Assembly: GCA_938009735.1 (NCBI GenBank)
Contig: CALLIG010000107.1
Coordinates: forward strand, 12,149-76,148
Source: an uncultured Flavobacteriaceae bacterium
GTDB lineage: Bacteria; Bacteroidota; Bacteroidia; Flavobacteriales; Flavobacteriaceae
DNA length: 64,000 bases
Direction of reading: 5' to 3'
Each line of letters starts with the position of its first letter. Position 1 is the stretch's first letter. The notes under the pieces were generated by a model, which saw nothing but the letters and a program-made list of their open reading frames with translations, was not told the DNA's origin and did no database searches. This document shows, piece by piece, positions 21,646 to 30,531 of this stretch. The translations under genes and the position numbers were made by a program.

Positions 21646-22119
21646 ATGACGATCAAACTATTAGCTATCGGAAAAACAGACCACAAAGCACTTCAAGAGC
21701 TGATATCTGAATATCAAAATAGGCTAACACATTATATAAAGTTTGAACTAGAAATCATTCCAGATATTAAAAATGTAAAAAACCTGTCGGAAACTCAGCA
21801 AAAGGAAAAAGAAGGAGAGCTTATCCTTAAAAAACTAAATACTTCGGATGTTTTGATCCTTTTAGATGAAAATGGGAAACAATATTCATCCGTAGATTTC
21901 TCAGGCTTCCTCCAAAAGAAAATGAATTCTGGAATCAAACAATTAGTTTTTGTTATTGGCGGACCATACGGTTTTAGCAATACTATATATCAAAAAGCGC
22001 AGGGTAAAATCAGCCTTTCAAAAATGACTTTTTCGCACCAAATGGTCCGATTATTTGTTGTAGAACAGTTATATAGGGGCTTCACTATTTTGAAGAATGA
22101 ACCCTATCATCATCGTTAA
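21646..22119 (+). CDS. rlmH: 23S rRNA pseudouridine1915 N3-methyltransferase
   Basis: LDENGK, FVIGGPYG, SLSKMTFSHQMVRL, EQLYRG, PYHH. Confidence 0.96.
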   Translation: MTIKLLAIGKTDHKALQELISEYQNRLTHYIKFELEIIPDIKNVKNLSETQQKEKEGELILKKLNTSDVLILLDENGKQYSSVDFSGFLQKKMNSGIKQLVFVIGGPYGFSNTIYQKAQGKISLSKMTFSHQMVRLFVVEQLYRGFTILKNEPYHHR

Positions 22120-22151
22120 GTGAAATTTATGTTGAACTAAAATTAAATTAC

Positions 22152-22961
22152 TTAGGCATTGGTTGTTTCTAAGGAATTCACCATGTTAGAAGAAACTTCC
22201 TCCAAAGAATCTAACTCGTCCATAACACAGGTAATAAGTTCTTCTTTAAATTCTATTTTCTTTTCAATTTTTATAATATTCTGCAGTCCTTTTATATTTT
22301 GAATGTGCGAGCTGAAAGCATGAGTTTGGTGCCAAGAAATTTCTTTTAATTTTTTGTTCTGAAGGGTGATTTTTTTAATAACCGGATTGATAATAAAGAA
22401 AATTTCAAATAAAACTATTACGATACTTAAAAAAGCCAATTCCAACTCAATTACCATTAAAGTTCGGACCTCTTCTTCTGCTACCTTTTGAAAACGATTT
22501 ACAATAGCATCCATTAATACAAGAAAGCTATCCGCGTTACTTTCTACGCTAGAGATATCTGCTTGTTTTAAATCTTCAATCTTATGAAGATTCGCATACA
22601 GGTAATTTAAATGTTGATCGAGATTAGCAAACATCGAAAGTATCTCCGAATCGCTTAAAGGCTCTAAACCAATTTTAGAATTGCCTTTTTGTAGCGATTT
22701 ATTATTTCTATACAATGCATCTAGTCCTACTTTTAGCTCTGAATAGTTGCATTCTAGGAATCGGCACTCATAAAAATTCGCAAGCACTTGCTGGCTAAGC
22801 ATTCTTTGTTTTCCCGCTATGTTAATAATAGAGGCAGTACTCTGTTGTTTATTCAAGGAATATTGAACAACGGTCTGTATGAAAATTGTTAGAACGATCA
22901 CCGTGAAAACCAATATATAATATTGATAGAAGTCTCTAAATGATCTTTTAGTTTTTGACAT
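22152..22961 (-). CDS. Membrane sensor with NarX/PilJ-type periplasmic domain and a degenerate HisKA-like tail, no ATPase domain
   Basis: TM1, INIAGKQRMLSQ (P-box-like), TM2, coiled-coil, SWHQTH; protein ends ~55 aa later. Confidence 0.7.
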   Translation of the reverse strand: MSKTKRSFRDFYQYYILVFTVIVLTIFIQTVVQYSLNKQQSTASIINIAGKQRMLSQQVLANFYECRFLECNYSELKVGLDALYRNNKSLQKGNSKIGLEPLSDSEILSMFANLDQHLNYLYANLHKIEDLKQADISSVESNADSFLVLMDAIVNRFQKVAEEEVRTLMVIELELAFLSIVIVLFEIFFIINPVIKKITLQNKKLKEISWHQTHAFSSHIQNIKGLQNIIKIEKKIEFKEELITCVMDELDSLEEVSSNMVNSLETTNA

Positions 22962-23125
22962 TAAACATGAAGGTTAATTCCTACAAGGTAATATTGAGGA
23001 ATTAAAACAACAATAGTTTGTGGTGAAGTCAAACTTTATGTGCACTAACTATGATTTTCTTGTGGAAAAGAAAAATTTCCAACAACTTGGTTAGTATTGT
23101 TTAATTCATAACCAATTTGAAGTTT

Positions 23126-25018
23126 TTAATAAAGTACTCTAAACTTAATCGTATTTTCGATCTTCTTTAGTGCCTTAATTACATCCTTATTATATTCTTT
23201 ATCCAAATCTGTAATTACGTAACCTACCTCGTTATCTGTTGAGAGATATTGTCCAGAAATATTCATTTCGTATTTCGCTAAAACCTTGTTGATTTTCGCC
23301 ATAATACCCGGAACATTCTTGTGAATATGCAAGAATCGATGTGCCTTATTTTGCTTTGGCAATCGAATATTAGGGAAGTTTACCGCATCTACTGTACTTC
23401 CTGAATTCACGTATTCCATTATTTTATTAGGAACAAAGTCTGCGATATTTCTTTGTGCTTCTTCTGTACTACCACCAACATGAGGCGTTAAAATAACATT
23501 ATCCAAGCCTTGTAACTGAGAAATGAAGTCACCATTACTTCGTGGTTCTTCAGGGTACACATCTATTGCTGCTCCACCTAATTTACCTGACTTTAAAGCA
23601 TTTGCTAAAGCCTCAATATCAACTACAAAACCTCGCGCAAGGTTAATGAACATTGCACCATTCTTCATTTGATTGATTTCTCGCTCTCCTATAAAATTCT
23701 TGTTGGCTTTATTGTCATCAATATGTAAGGTAACAACATCAGAAACGTTTAATAAATTTTCGAGTGTGTTACATTTAATAGCATTACCTAATGCTAACTT
23801 ATCATCAATATCGTAGTAATACACGCGCATTCCTATAGCTTCCGCTAAAACTGATAATTGTTTTCCAATATTTCCGTAGCCAACGATACCTAAGTTTTTA
23901 CCACGAACTTCTCTAGAACCAGCAGCAGTTTTCTGCCATTGCCCATTGTGAATTTCTGTACTTCTTGGAAAAACACTACGCATTAACATGATAATCTCAC
24001 CGATAGCTAATTCTACTACAGATCTTGTATTACTATAAGGTGCATTAAAAACCGCTACCCCTTTTCTTCTGCTTGAATCTAAATCTATTTGTGTGGTTCC
24101 AATGCAAAAAGCACCAACTACTAATAATTTGTCAGCTGCATCTAAAACCTTTTTTGTTACCTGAGTTTTCGAACGTATACCCAAAACATGTACACCTTTA
24201 ATCTTTTCGATTAAATCTTCTTCAGATAGACTTGTTTTTATAAGCTCTACTGCAAAACCATCTTCTGATAAATTTTCAAAAGCATCAGTATGCACGTTTT
24301 CTAACAATAGTATTTTGATTCTGTTCTTGGGATAAGAAATATTTCGTGGCAAATCATTCACGAAAAGAAACTCGTCCATATTCGGCGTGATATGATCTGC
24401 ATTACTCGCAGCTTTCTCTCTATGAACATTCTCGGTATATGCAAAAAACTTATCTGCAATTCCCGCTTCACGCATTACATAATCACTATAACCATCGCCA
24501 ATTACCTGAACTTCACCTTCGAGGTCCATTTGTTTTAAGCATTCAATTTTTCCGTTGTGTTGCGATAGTGGGTTTTCTTCATCAAAACCAACAATTTTTC
24601 CATCTTCATCAAATTCAAAAGTATTGGCATACACTCTATCTGAAGGAATATTATAGTCCTTTACAATAGGATCAATAAACTCTTTGAATCCACAAGAAAT
24701 TACATAAATATCATCTGCGAATTTTTCAAAAAACTCTTTATTGGATTCTATGGATTTCGATATTTTTTGACGTAGCTCAGCTACTAAACCATCTAAATCG
24801 CTTTTGTTGGCATTCAATAATTTAATACGTCTCTCTAAAGATTCAGTAAACGAAATATCACCATCGATACCTAAGTTGGTAATTTTTTGAATTTCAGCAA
24901 TTACTTCATCCTTATTTGACTTTCCTTGCAAGGTCATTTCAGCCAAAACATCAAGTGCTTCTACCCTAGTCAATGTACTGTCAAAATCAAAAACGTACTT
25001 TCTACCCACGTCTACCAT
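23126..25018 (-). CDS. serA: Fusion of HAD phosphoserine phosphatase-like domain, D-3-phosphoglycerate dehydrogenase and ACT domain
   Basis: N-terminal FDFDST and GDGYSD (HAD). Then AFCIGT, NTRSVVE, GYGNIG, TPHVGGSTEEAQ. C-terminal HKNVPG (ACT). Confidence 0.92.
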   Translation of the reverse strand: MVDVGRKYVFDFDSTLTRVEALDVLAEMTLQGKSNKDEVIAEIQKITNLGIDGDISFTESLERRIKLLNANKSDLDGLVAELRQKISKSIESNKEFFEKFADDIYVISCGFKEFIDPIVKDYNIPSDRVYANTFEFDEDGKIVGFDEENPLSQHNGKIECLKQMDLEGEVQVIGDGYSDYVMREAGIADKFFAYTENVHREKAASNADHITPNMDEFLFVNDLPRNISYPKNRIKILLLENVHTDAFENLSEDGFAVELIKTSLSEEDLIEKIKGVHVLGIRSKTQVTKKVLDAADKLLVVGAFCIGTTQIDLDSSRRKGVAVFNAPYSNTRSVVELAIGEIIMLMRSVFPRSTEIHNGQWQKTAAGSREVRGKNLGIVGYGNIGKQLSVLAEAIGMRVYYYDIDDKLALGNAIKCNTLENLLNVSDVVTLHIDDNKANKNFIGEREINQMKNGAMFINLARGFVVDIEALANALKSGKLGGAAIDVYPEEPRSNGDFISQLQGLDNVILTPHVGGSTEEAQRNIADFVPNKIMEYVNSGSTVDAVNFPNIRLPKQNKAHRFLHIHKNVPGIMAKINKVLAKYEMNISGQYLSTDNEVGYVITDLDKEYNKDVIKALKKIENTIKFRVLY

Positions 25019-25184
25019 TCTTTTTATAAAATTATTAGCTTAAACCAAGATCAAAAATAAAGATTTATTCGGAGGTGTTTTGAGGAATGTTATCAAAAGT
25101 TATCCCTGTAACTAATTGACCTTGTGGAATTACAAATTCCATTTTTAATCGTAGTACATTTTATGAATTTCGCAATACAATTAA

Positions 25185-25964
25185 TTACAAGAAAGAAATT
25201 ATCGCTTTTGAGAAGTCTTCTGTTTTATAGGTGCCATTATGATCGCCTTTTACAAGCTGCAATTTGCTTTTAGGTATTGCTTGTTGTAAAGCGGTAGGAT
25301 CTCCATTATCAAGATCTTCATCTCCAGCAATAACCAAAACCTTAGCTTCAATAACTTGCAGTTGCCGTTTAGTGGTTACTGGTTGATGTTTTTGTTGTAA
25401 ATAAAGGCTTTTGAAATCTGCGCCTATTGATTTCGCGTAATCTACTGCACCTCGGGTTACATCGGTTACCTTGCCATCAAATGCATCTCTGAACATAATT
25501 CTTCGTTTCCAGTTTGGGTTTGTAAAGCTTATGCCCATGCCCCCAATAACTGCCTTTTTTACTCGGCGATCTTTAGTTAATAATTTTGCTAGCAAAATAC
25601 TTCCTCTTGAATATCCAATGGCATAATATTTACTAATCTTCAAATCAACCATTAAAAACATCAAATCAATTACTTCAGCCTCTTGCGAGTATGCTTCGTC
25701 TTCTTGAGGCTTATCAGAATCTCCATTACCCCTTAAATCAGGAACTATTACACGATAGCCTTTATCTAACAATGCTTGTTTGAGCACGGTATTATCCCAT
25801 GATTTTCGGGTATTTATAAAACCATGTATCAAAAGAACTGGCTTACCTTTTCCTTCATCAGTATAAGCAATTTTGGTATCGTCAAAAGATGTGAAATATT
25901 TGGTTTGGGCGAAAAATGATGACGTAAAAAAAAGTACTATAACTGTTATCGTATTTACTTTCAT
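25185..25964 (-). CDS. Secreted alpha/beta hydrolase
   Basis: Signal peptide; LLIHGF, PDLRGNG, GYSRG nucleophile elbow, GDH. Confidence 0.88.
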   Translation of the reverse strand: MKVNTITVIVLFFTSSFFAQTKYFTSFDDTKIAYTDEGKGKPVLLIHGFINTRKSWDNTVLKQALLDKGYRVIVPDLRGNGDSDKPQEDEAYSQEAEVIDLMFLMVDLKISKYYAIGYSRGSILLAKLLTKDRRVKKAVIGGMGISFTNPNWKRRIMFRDAFDGKVTDVTRGAVDYAKSIGADFKSLYLQQKHQPVTTKRQLQVIEAKVLVIAGDEDLDNGDPTALQQAIPKSKLQLVKGDHNGTYKTEDFSKAIISFL

Positions 25965-25978
25965 AGAAAATTAAAATC

Positions 25979-26677
25979 TTACAAGTTGATAAAAATGATT
26001 CCAGTAATTATAGCAATACCAAAGCTAATGAGCGTACCTATCAATATATACTCAGTTAACTTTCGACTGTTACTTTCTTTTAAATCATTAAATCGAAAAA
26101 CTGATTTTGCGGTAATTAGTAATCCTATAGCCTCCCAATGATCTAGAATTATAAAGAGCAATACAAAGAGCCTCTCAATAATGCCGATATACTTTCCTGC
26201 ATTTGGCAATGACTTATGATCTATTTCAATTTGATTAGACATTTGCTCTAAAAGCTTACTCATAATAATTGCTGCCGGAAAGCTCACAAATACTACTGCT
26301 GTTATTAAATGCCAATTTAGTTGTTCAAATAATTGTAGGGTATGATCCCATAAACCAGCATAATAAGCGCAACAATACAAGACCAAAATATGTAGTGCCT
26401 GATCAATAAAAAAGGGAATGCTCTTATTCTTAAATATCGGAGTAATGTAAAGTTTTGCAACATCAATGAAATAGTGAGATACCATTATTACCAAGGCAAT
26501 TTTCCAATAACTTAAATCCCACAATAGCAGCATTGTTACCGCAAAATGAAGCAATACATGCAGATACAAGTATTTTGAAGCAGCCTTATTTGCCTCTTTA
26601 TGAATTACCTCTCTTTTGGACTGTAAGACAAAATCAACAATCAAGTGCGCTAAAAAAAGCTTTGTGAACAACATCAT
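25979..26677 (-). CDS. DUF3307 family polytopic membrane protein with conserved His/Asp motifs
   Basis: AHLIVDF, HVLLH, SHYFID, DQALH, GKYIGIIERL, AKSVFRF, EYILIGTL; 4-nt ATGA overlap with the upstream gene. Confidence 0.82.
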   Translation of the reverse strand: MMLFTKLFLAHLIVDFVLQSKREVIHKEANKAASKYLYLHVLLHFAVTMLLLWDLSYWKIALVIMVSHYFIDVAKLYITPIFKNKSIPFFIDQALHILVLYCCAYYAGLWDHTLQLFEQLNWHLITAVVFVSFPAAIIMSKLLEQMSNQIEIDHKSLPNAGKYIGIIERLFVLLFIILDHWEAIGLLITAKSVFRFNDLKESNSRKLTEYILIGTLISFGIAIITGIIFINL

Positions 26678-27285
26678 GGTTTCATACGTTTTACAGTTTG
26701 CGGGTAATATTTTAGCAACTCAAGCACCAAATCTAATCGTGCTCTTTTTTGACGTTGGCTTACGGCAGATTGCTGAATACTAAGCTCTTTGGCTATTTCT
26801 TGCTGTGCCTTTTTAGGGCTTGATAATGCAATAGCAACAATTTCTGCAGAAACGGATGTCCATTCATCCATAAAATCTAAAGCCAATTTTATCATCAAAT
26901 TAAGGCTTTGATCTTCCTTTTTGTTTCCTGTAGCGATTGCTATATTTAATTTGTCTTCTTTCAAAGTCTCGAAGGTTCGACCTGAACGTTTATAAGCTGT
27001 ACCGTTAGACTCACTAACACTTACACCTTTAAAGTCTTCAGACCCTACACCTATTGACATACGAACATCTAAATCTTTGATAGATTTAACAACAGCTTTA
27101 ATTTGTATTGCAGCCCAAAGAGCATTCTTAGGAGCCACTTTAAGTTGAAACTCATCACCTCTGTAAATCTCCCAGTCAGCAGGAGTTTCACCCCATGTAG
27201 CGAACTGTTTCTTAAGTATATTAATCCATCCAGAAGCCTTGTGCTCTTCTGAATTAATAATGTCACCTGTTATAATTGCGATCAT
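26674..27285 (-). CDS. SatD-family protein: nucleotidyl-cyclase-like domain plus C-terminal HTH
   Basis: ITGDIINS, YRGDEFQ, VRMSIGVG, SNGTAYKRSGR; HTH QQEIAKELSIQQSAVSQRQKRA. Confidence 0.82.
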   Translation of the reverse strand: MIAIITGDIINSEEHKASGWINILKKQFATWGETPADWEIYRGDEFQLKVAPKNALWAAIQIKAVVKSIKDLDVRMSIGVGSEDFKGVSVSESNGTAYKRSGRTFETLKEDKLNIAIATGNKKEDQSLNLMIKLALDFMDEWTSVSAEIVAIALSSPKKAQQEIAKELSIQQSAVSQRQKRARLDLVLELLKYYPQTVKRMKP

Positions 27286-27289
27286 AAAA

Positions 27290-27395
27290 TATAAGCTAAA
27301 ACGCTAATATATGTAAATATAAGCTAATTCGCTAATAATTATAAAACATAAGTCAATATACTTATAATTAGTACTTATAAGCTAATTCGCTTATA
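27290..27395. repeat. Four tandem 20-bp imperfect palindromes TATAAGC-N6-GCTTATA, period 28-29 bp (candidate operator array)
   Basis: 27290 TATAAGCTAAAACGCTAATA; 27318 TATAAGCTAATTCGCTAATA; 27347 CATAAGTCAATATACTTATA; 27376 TATAAGCTAATTCGCTTATA. Confidence 0.88.
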
Positions 27396-27423
27396 TCTTA
27401 ATTTATAAAAGAGCAATTACAAG

Positions 27424-27876
27424 TTAAAACCATCTCCGAGTCAGCGTACAATATTGCTTATAGGTAGCACCAAACATTTCACTTAAAGCTTCCTCTTCAG
27501 GAATAATTTGAAATTTGTTCATATAGCCAACAAAGCCCGCTGCTAACAAAACATTAAAAGCATTTCCCAACCAAATACCCAATGCTAATAAGATGAGTAA
27601 CATTGCTAAATACATGGGATTTCTTGAAAATTGATATAGTCCGGATGTAACCAAATTGGTCGCTTTTGATGGTGTCGTTGGATCAACCGTAGTTTTAGAT
27701 TTAATAAATTGGAGTATCGAGATAGTTCCTATGCCTCCAGCAAATATCAATAAAGCATACATTAGATATTTTCTTCCGAAGAAGTCAAAATAACCAACTG
27801 GAAGAAAATAAGACAGCAAATACATTAGAACTCCAAATACTATTAAAACCAAAACAGGCGGCACTTTCAACTTCAT
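27424..27876 (-). CDS. Isoprenylcysteine carboxylmethyltransferase (Ste14/PEMT) family protein
   Basis: LVTSGLYQFSRNPMYL, EEEAL...FGATYKQY. Confidence 0.88.
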   Translation of the reverse strand: MKLKVPPVLVLIVFGVLMYLLSYFLPVGYFDFFGRKYLMYALLIFAGGIGTISILQFIKSKTTVDPTTPSKATNLVTSGLYQFSRNPMYLAMLLILLALGIWLGNAFNVLLAAGFVGYMNKFQIIPEEEALSEMFGATYKQYCTLTRRWF

Positions 27877-27961
27877 ACAAATATTTTTAATGACGTTAAA
27901 ATTACTATTTTTGGATTCGTTCTAGCGCAATTTTTTAAAAATAGATACGAATGCTGCACCT

Positions 27962-28546
27962 ATGAAATTAGTCTTCGCTACCCACAATCAAAATAAATTC
28001 AACGAAGTAAAAGAGTTACTTCCGACCTATATAACTTTAGTATCCTTAACAGATATTGATTGCCATGACGAAATACCTGAAACCGCAGAAACCCTTGAAG
28101 GTAACGCGCAACTGAAAGCAGATTACGTAACACAAAACTATGGCTTACCTTGTTTTGCAGATGATACCGGACTGCTTGTAGATGAACTAAACGGAGCACC
28201 TGGTGTATACTCCGCGCGTTATGCAGGCGATAAGAAGGATTCAGATGACAACATGAATAAGCTACTAGCAGAATTAAAGGGCAGCAAGGATCGTTCTGCG
28301 AGATTTAAAACTATAGTAGCATTAAATTTAAACGAAGACAACATACTGTTTACAGGGATTGCCGAAGGTGAAATCACCACAACTAAAAGTGGGCTAAAAG
28401 GATTTGGCTACGACCCCATATTTCAACCAAAGGGATATGACAAAACATTTGCAGAACTACCATTAAAGACAAAAAATGAGATAAGTCACCGCGGAAAAGC
28501 TATTCAACAATTAGTGTCATTTCTAAGCAAATTACCATCTAAATAA
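27962..28546 (+). CDS. rdgB: Non-canonical purine NTP pyrophosphatase (HAM1)
   Basis: ATHNQNK, DDTGL, PGVYSARY, GFGYDPIF, KNEISHRGKA. Confidence 0.96.
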   Translation: MKLVFATHNQNKFNEVKELLPTYITLVSLTDIDCHDEIPETAETLEGNAQLKADYVTQNYGLPCFADDTGLLVDELNGAPGVYSARYAGDKKDSDDNMNKLLAELKGSKDRSARFKTIVALNLNEDNILFTGIAEGEITTTKSGLKGFGYDPIFQPKGYDKTFAELPLKTKNEISHRGKAIQQLVSFLSKLPSK

Positions 28547-28553
28547 ATTAAAG

Positions 28554-28561
28554 TACCTTTG
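28554..28561 (+). promoter_or_regulatory. -7 promoter element for the DEAD-box helicase (implies ~105-nt 5'UTR)
   Basis: TACCTTTG. Confidence 0.7.
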
Positions 28562-28670
28562 CAGCTTTAAATAACGCCGCTAGTATAGCATGTGTTGCGC
28601 CGAGTCTAATAGGTTATGTCGATAATCGCTCTATTCAACATTCATATTTGCGATTAACAAATAACATATT

Positions 28671-30509
28671 ATGACAAAATTTGAAGCACTAGGGCTTGAT
28701 AAGACCCTATTAGATGCTATTGCCGATTTAGGATTTGAAAACCCATCGGAAGTACAAGAAAAAGCAATCCCTATTTTATTGGAAAGTGAAACCGATTTGG
28801 TTGCACTTGCACAAACAGGAACCGGAAAAACCGCTGCATTTGGTTTTCCGTTAATTCAAAAAATTGATAGCAATAGCAGAACCACACAAGGGTTAATACT
28901 CTCCCCTACTCGTGAACTTTGTTTGCAAATCACCAACGAAATTAAATTGTACTCTAAGTATGAGAAAAATTTAAGTACCGTTGCTATATATGGTGGTGCC
29001 AGCATTACCGATCAAGCCAGACAAATTAAACGTGGAGCACAAATCATCGTTGCTACACCAGGTCGAATGAAAGATATGATTAGCCGACGTTTGGTTGATA
29101 TTTCAAAACTTGATTACTGTGTTTTAGATGAAGCGGATGAAATGCTTAATATGGGCTTTTTTGAGGATATAAAAGATATTCTTTCTAATACTCCTGACGA
29201 TAAATCTACTTGGTTGTTCTCAGCAACTATGCCTAGAGAAGTTTCTACTATTGCCAAAAAATTCATGCATTCACCACAGGAAATAACTGTTGGAACTAAA
29301 AATGCAGGTACTTCAACAGTACAACATGAATATTACGTAGTAAGTGGTAGAGATCGCTACCCTGCTTTAAAACGTTTAGCAGATACCAACCCTGATATAT
29401 TCGCAGTTATTTTTTGTAGAACGAAACGAGATACACAACGTGTTGCAGAAAAATTAATTGAAGACGGATACAATGCAGGAGCAATACACGGAGATTTAAG
29501 TCAAAACCAACGTGATTTGGTAATGAACTCTTTCCGTAAAAAACAAATTCAGATTTTGGTCGCAACTGATGTTGCTGCCAGAGGTATTGATGTTAACGAT
29601 ATTACACATGTAATCAATTACCAATTACCTGACGAAATCGAAACCTATACACACCGTAGTGGTCGTACTGGTAGAGCAGGAAAATCTGGTATCTCAATGG
29701 TATTAGTTACTCGTAGTGAGACACGAAAAATTAAAGCTATTGAAAACAAGATTCAGCAAAAATTCCTCTCAAAAACAGTTCCAACAGGAAGTGATATTTG
29801 CGGGATTCAATTACACCATCTTGCAAATAAAATAAAGGATACCGAAATTAATGACGATGTAGATGAATATCTACCAGCAATTAACGAGATACTAAAAGAT
29901 GTAGATCGTGAAGAATTAATTAAAAAATTAATATCTGCTGAATTTACAAGGTTCTCAAATTACTACAAGAAATCTAGAGATTTGAATTCTGGAGAGCGAG
30001 GAGAAAGAGGAGAGCGTGGAGAAAGAGGAGAACGCGGAGAAAGAAGAGACCGAAGCAATAGAGCAGATGCTCCAACTTCAGGTTCTGTTCGTTACTTTAT
30101 TAATGTTGGTGAAAAAGACAATTATGACTGGATGTCTTTGAAAGATTTCATTCGCGACACCGTAGGTCTTGAGCAAGATGACGTATTTAAAGTAGATGTA
30201 AAAGAAAGCTTTTCATTTTTTAATACAGATGCCGCAGTAACTGATAAAATTCTAGCAACGTTTACTGAATTCAAAGTTGAAGGTAGGTTTGTTAATGTTG
30301 AAGTTTCTAAAAACCCAGGAGGTGGTGGCGCACGAAGAGATCGCAAAAGAAGCGGCGGTGGCGGCAGAGACCGTGGTGGATATGGCGGAAGCAGTAGCGG
30401 AAGTGGTAGAGATAGAAGCAAAAAAAGAGACCGTAGTTACGGAAAAAGCGAAAGCTCAGGTAATAGACGTAGCTCAAGTAGCAAAAAAAGAAAGAGTGAT
30501 TTCTTTTAG
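28671..30509 (+). CDS. deaD: DEAD-box RNA helicase, DeaD/CsdA type, with DbpA RNA-binding domain and RG/RS-rich tail
   Basis: AQTGTGKT, PTREL, DEAD, SAT, ARGID, HRSGRTGRAG; RYFINVG (DbpA domain). Confidence 0.9.
   Translation: MTKFEALGLDKTLLDAIADLGFENPSEVQEKAIPILLESETDLVALAQTGTGKTAAFGFPLIQKIDSNSRTTQGLILSPTRELCLQITNEIKLYSKYEKNLSTVAIYGGASITDQARQIKRGAQIIVATPGRMKDMISRRLVDISKLDYCVLDEADEMLNMGFFEDIKDILSNTPDDKSTWLFSATMPREVSTIAKKFMHSPQEITVGTKNAGTSTVQHEYYVVSGRDRYPALKRLADTNPDIFAVIFCRTKRDTQRVAEKLIEDGYNAGAIHGDLSQNQRDLVMNSFRKKQIQILVATDVAARGIDVNDITHVINYQLPDEIETYTHRSGRTGRAGKSGISMVLVTRSETRKIKAIENKIQQKFLSKTVPTGSDICGIQLHHLANKIKDTEINDDVDEYLPAINEILKDVDREELIKKLISAEFTRFSNYYKKSRDLNSGERGERGERGERGERGERRDRSNRADAPTSGSVRYFINVGEKDNYDWMSLKDFIRDTVGLEQDDVFKVDVKESFSFFNTDAAVTDKILATFTEFKVEGRFVNVEVSKNPGGGGARRDRKRSGGGGRDRGGYGGSSSGSGRDRSKKRDRSYGKSESSGNRRSSSSKKRKSDFF
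29991..30044 (+). repeat. Coding tandem repeat (Gly-Glu-Arg)x6
   Basis: GGAGAGCGA GGAGAAAGA GGAGAGCGT GGAGAAAGA GGAGAACGC GGAGAAAGA. Confidence 0.9.
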
Positions 30510-30531
30510 TCACACCTGTTAATTGTATATT

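Noticed and set aside
22109-22138. TTATGTTGAACT after the rlmH stop as a dif XerD arm
   Set aside because: The spacing to the TAA of the would-be left arm is 7 nt rather than 6, and that arm is the rlmH coding end.
26991-27010. TATAAGCTGTACCGTTAGAC inside satD as a fifth operator copy
   Set aside because: Only the left half-site matches, and it lies in a constrained coding motif (SNGTAY).
27290-27395. Repeat array read as a mini-CRISPR
   Set aside because: Repeats are 20 bp with 8-9 bp spacers, far too short, and no cas genes are present. An operator array fits better.
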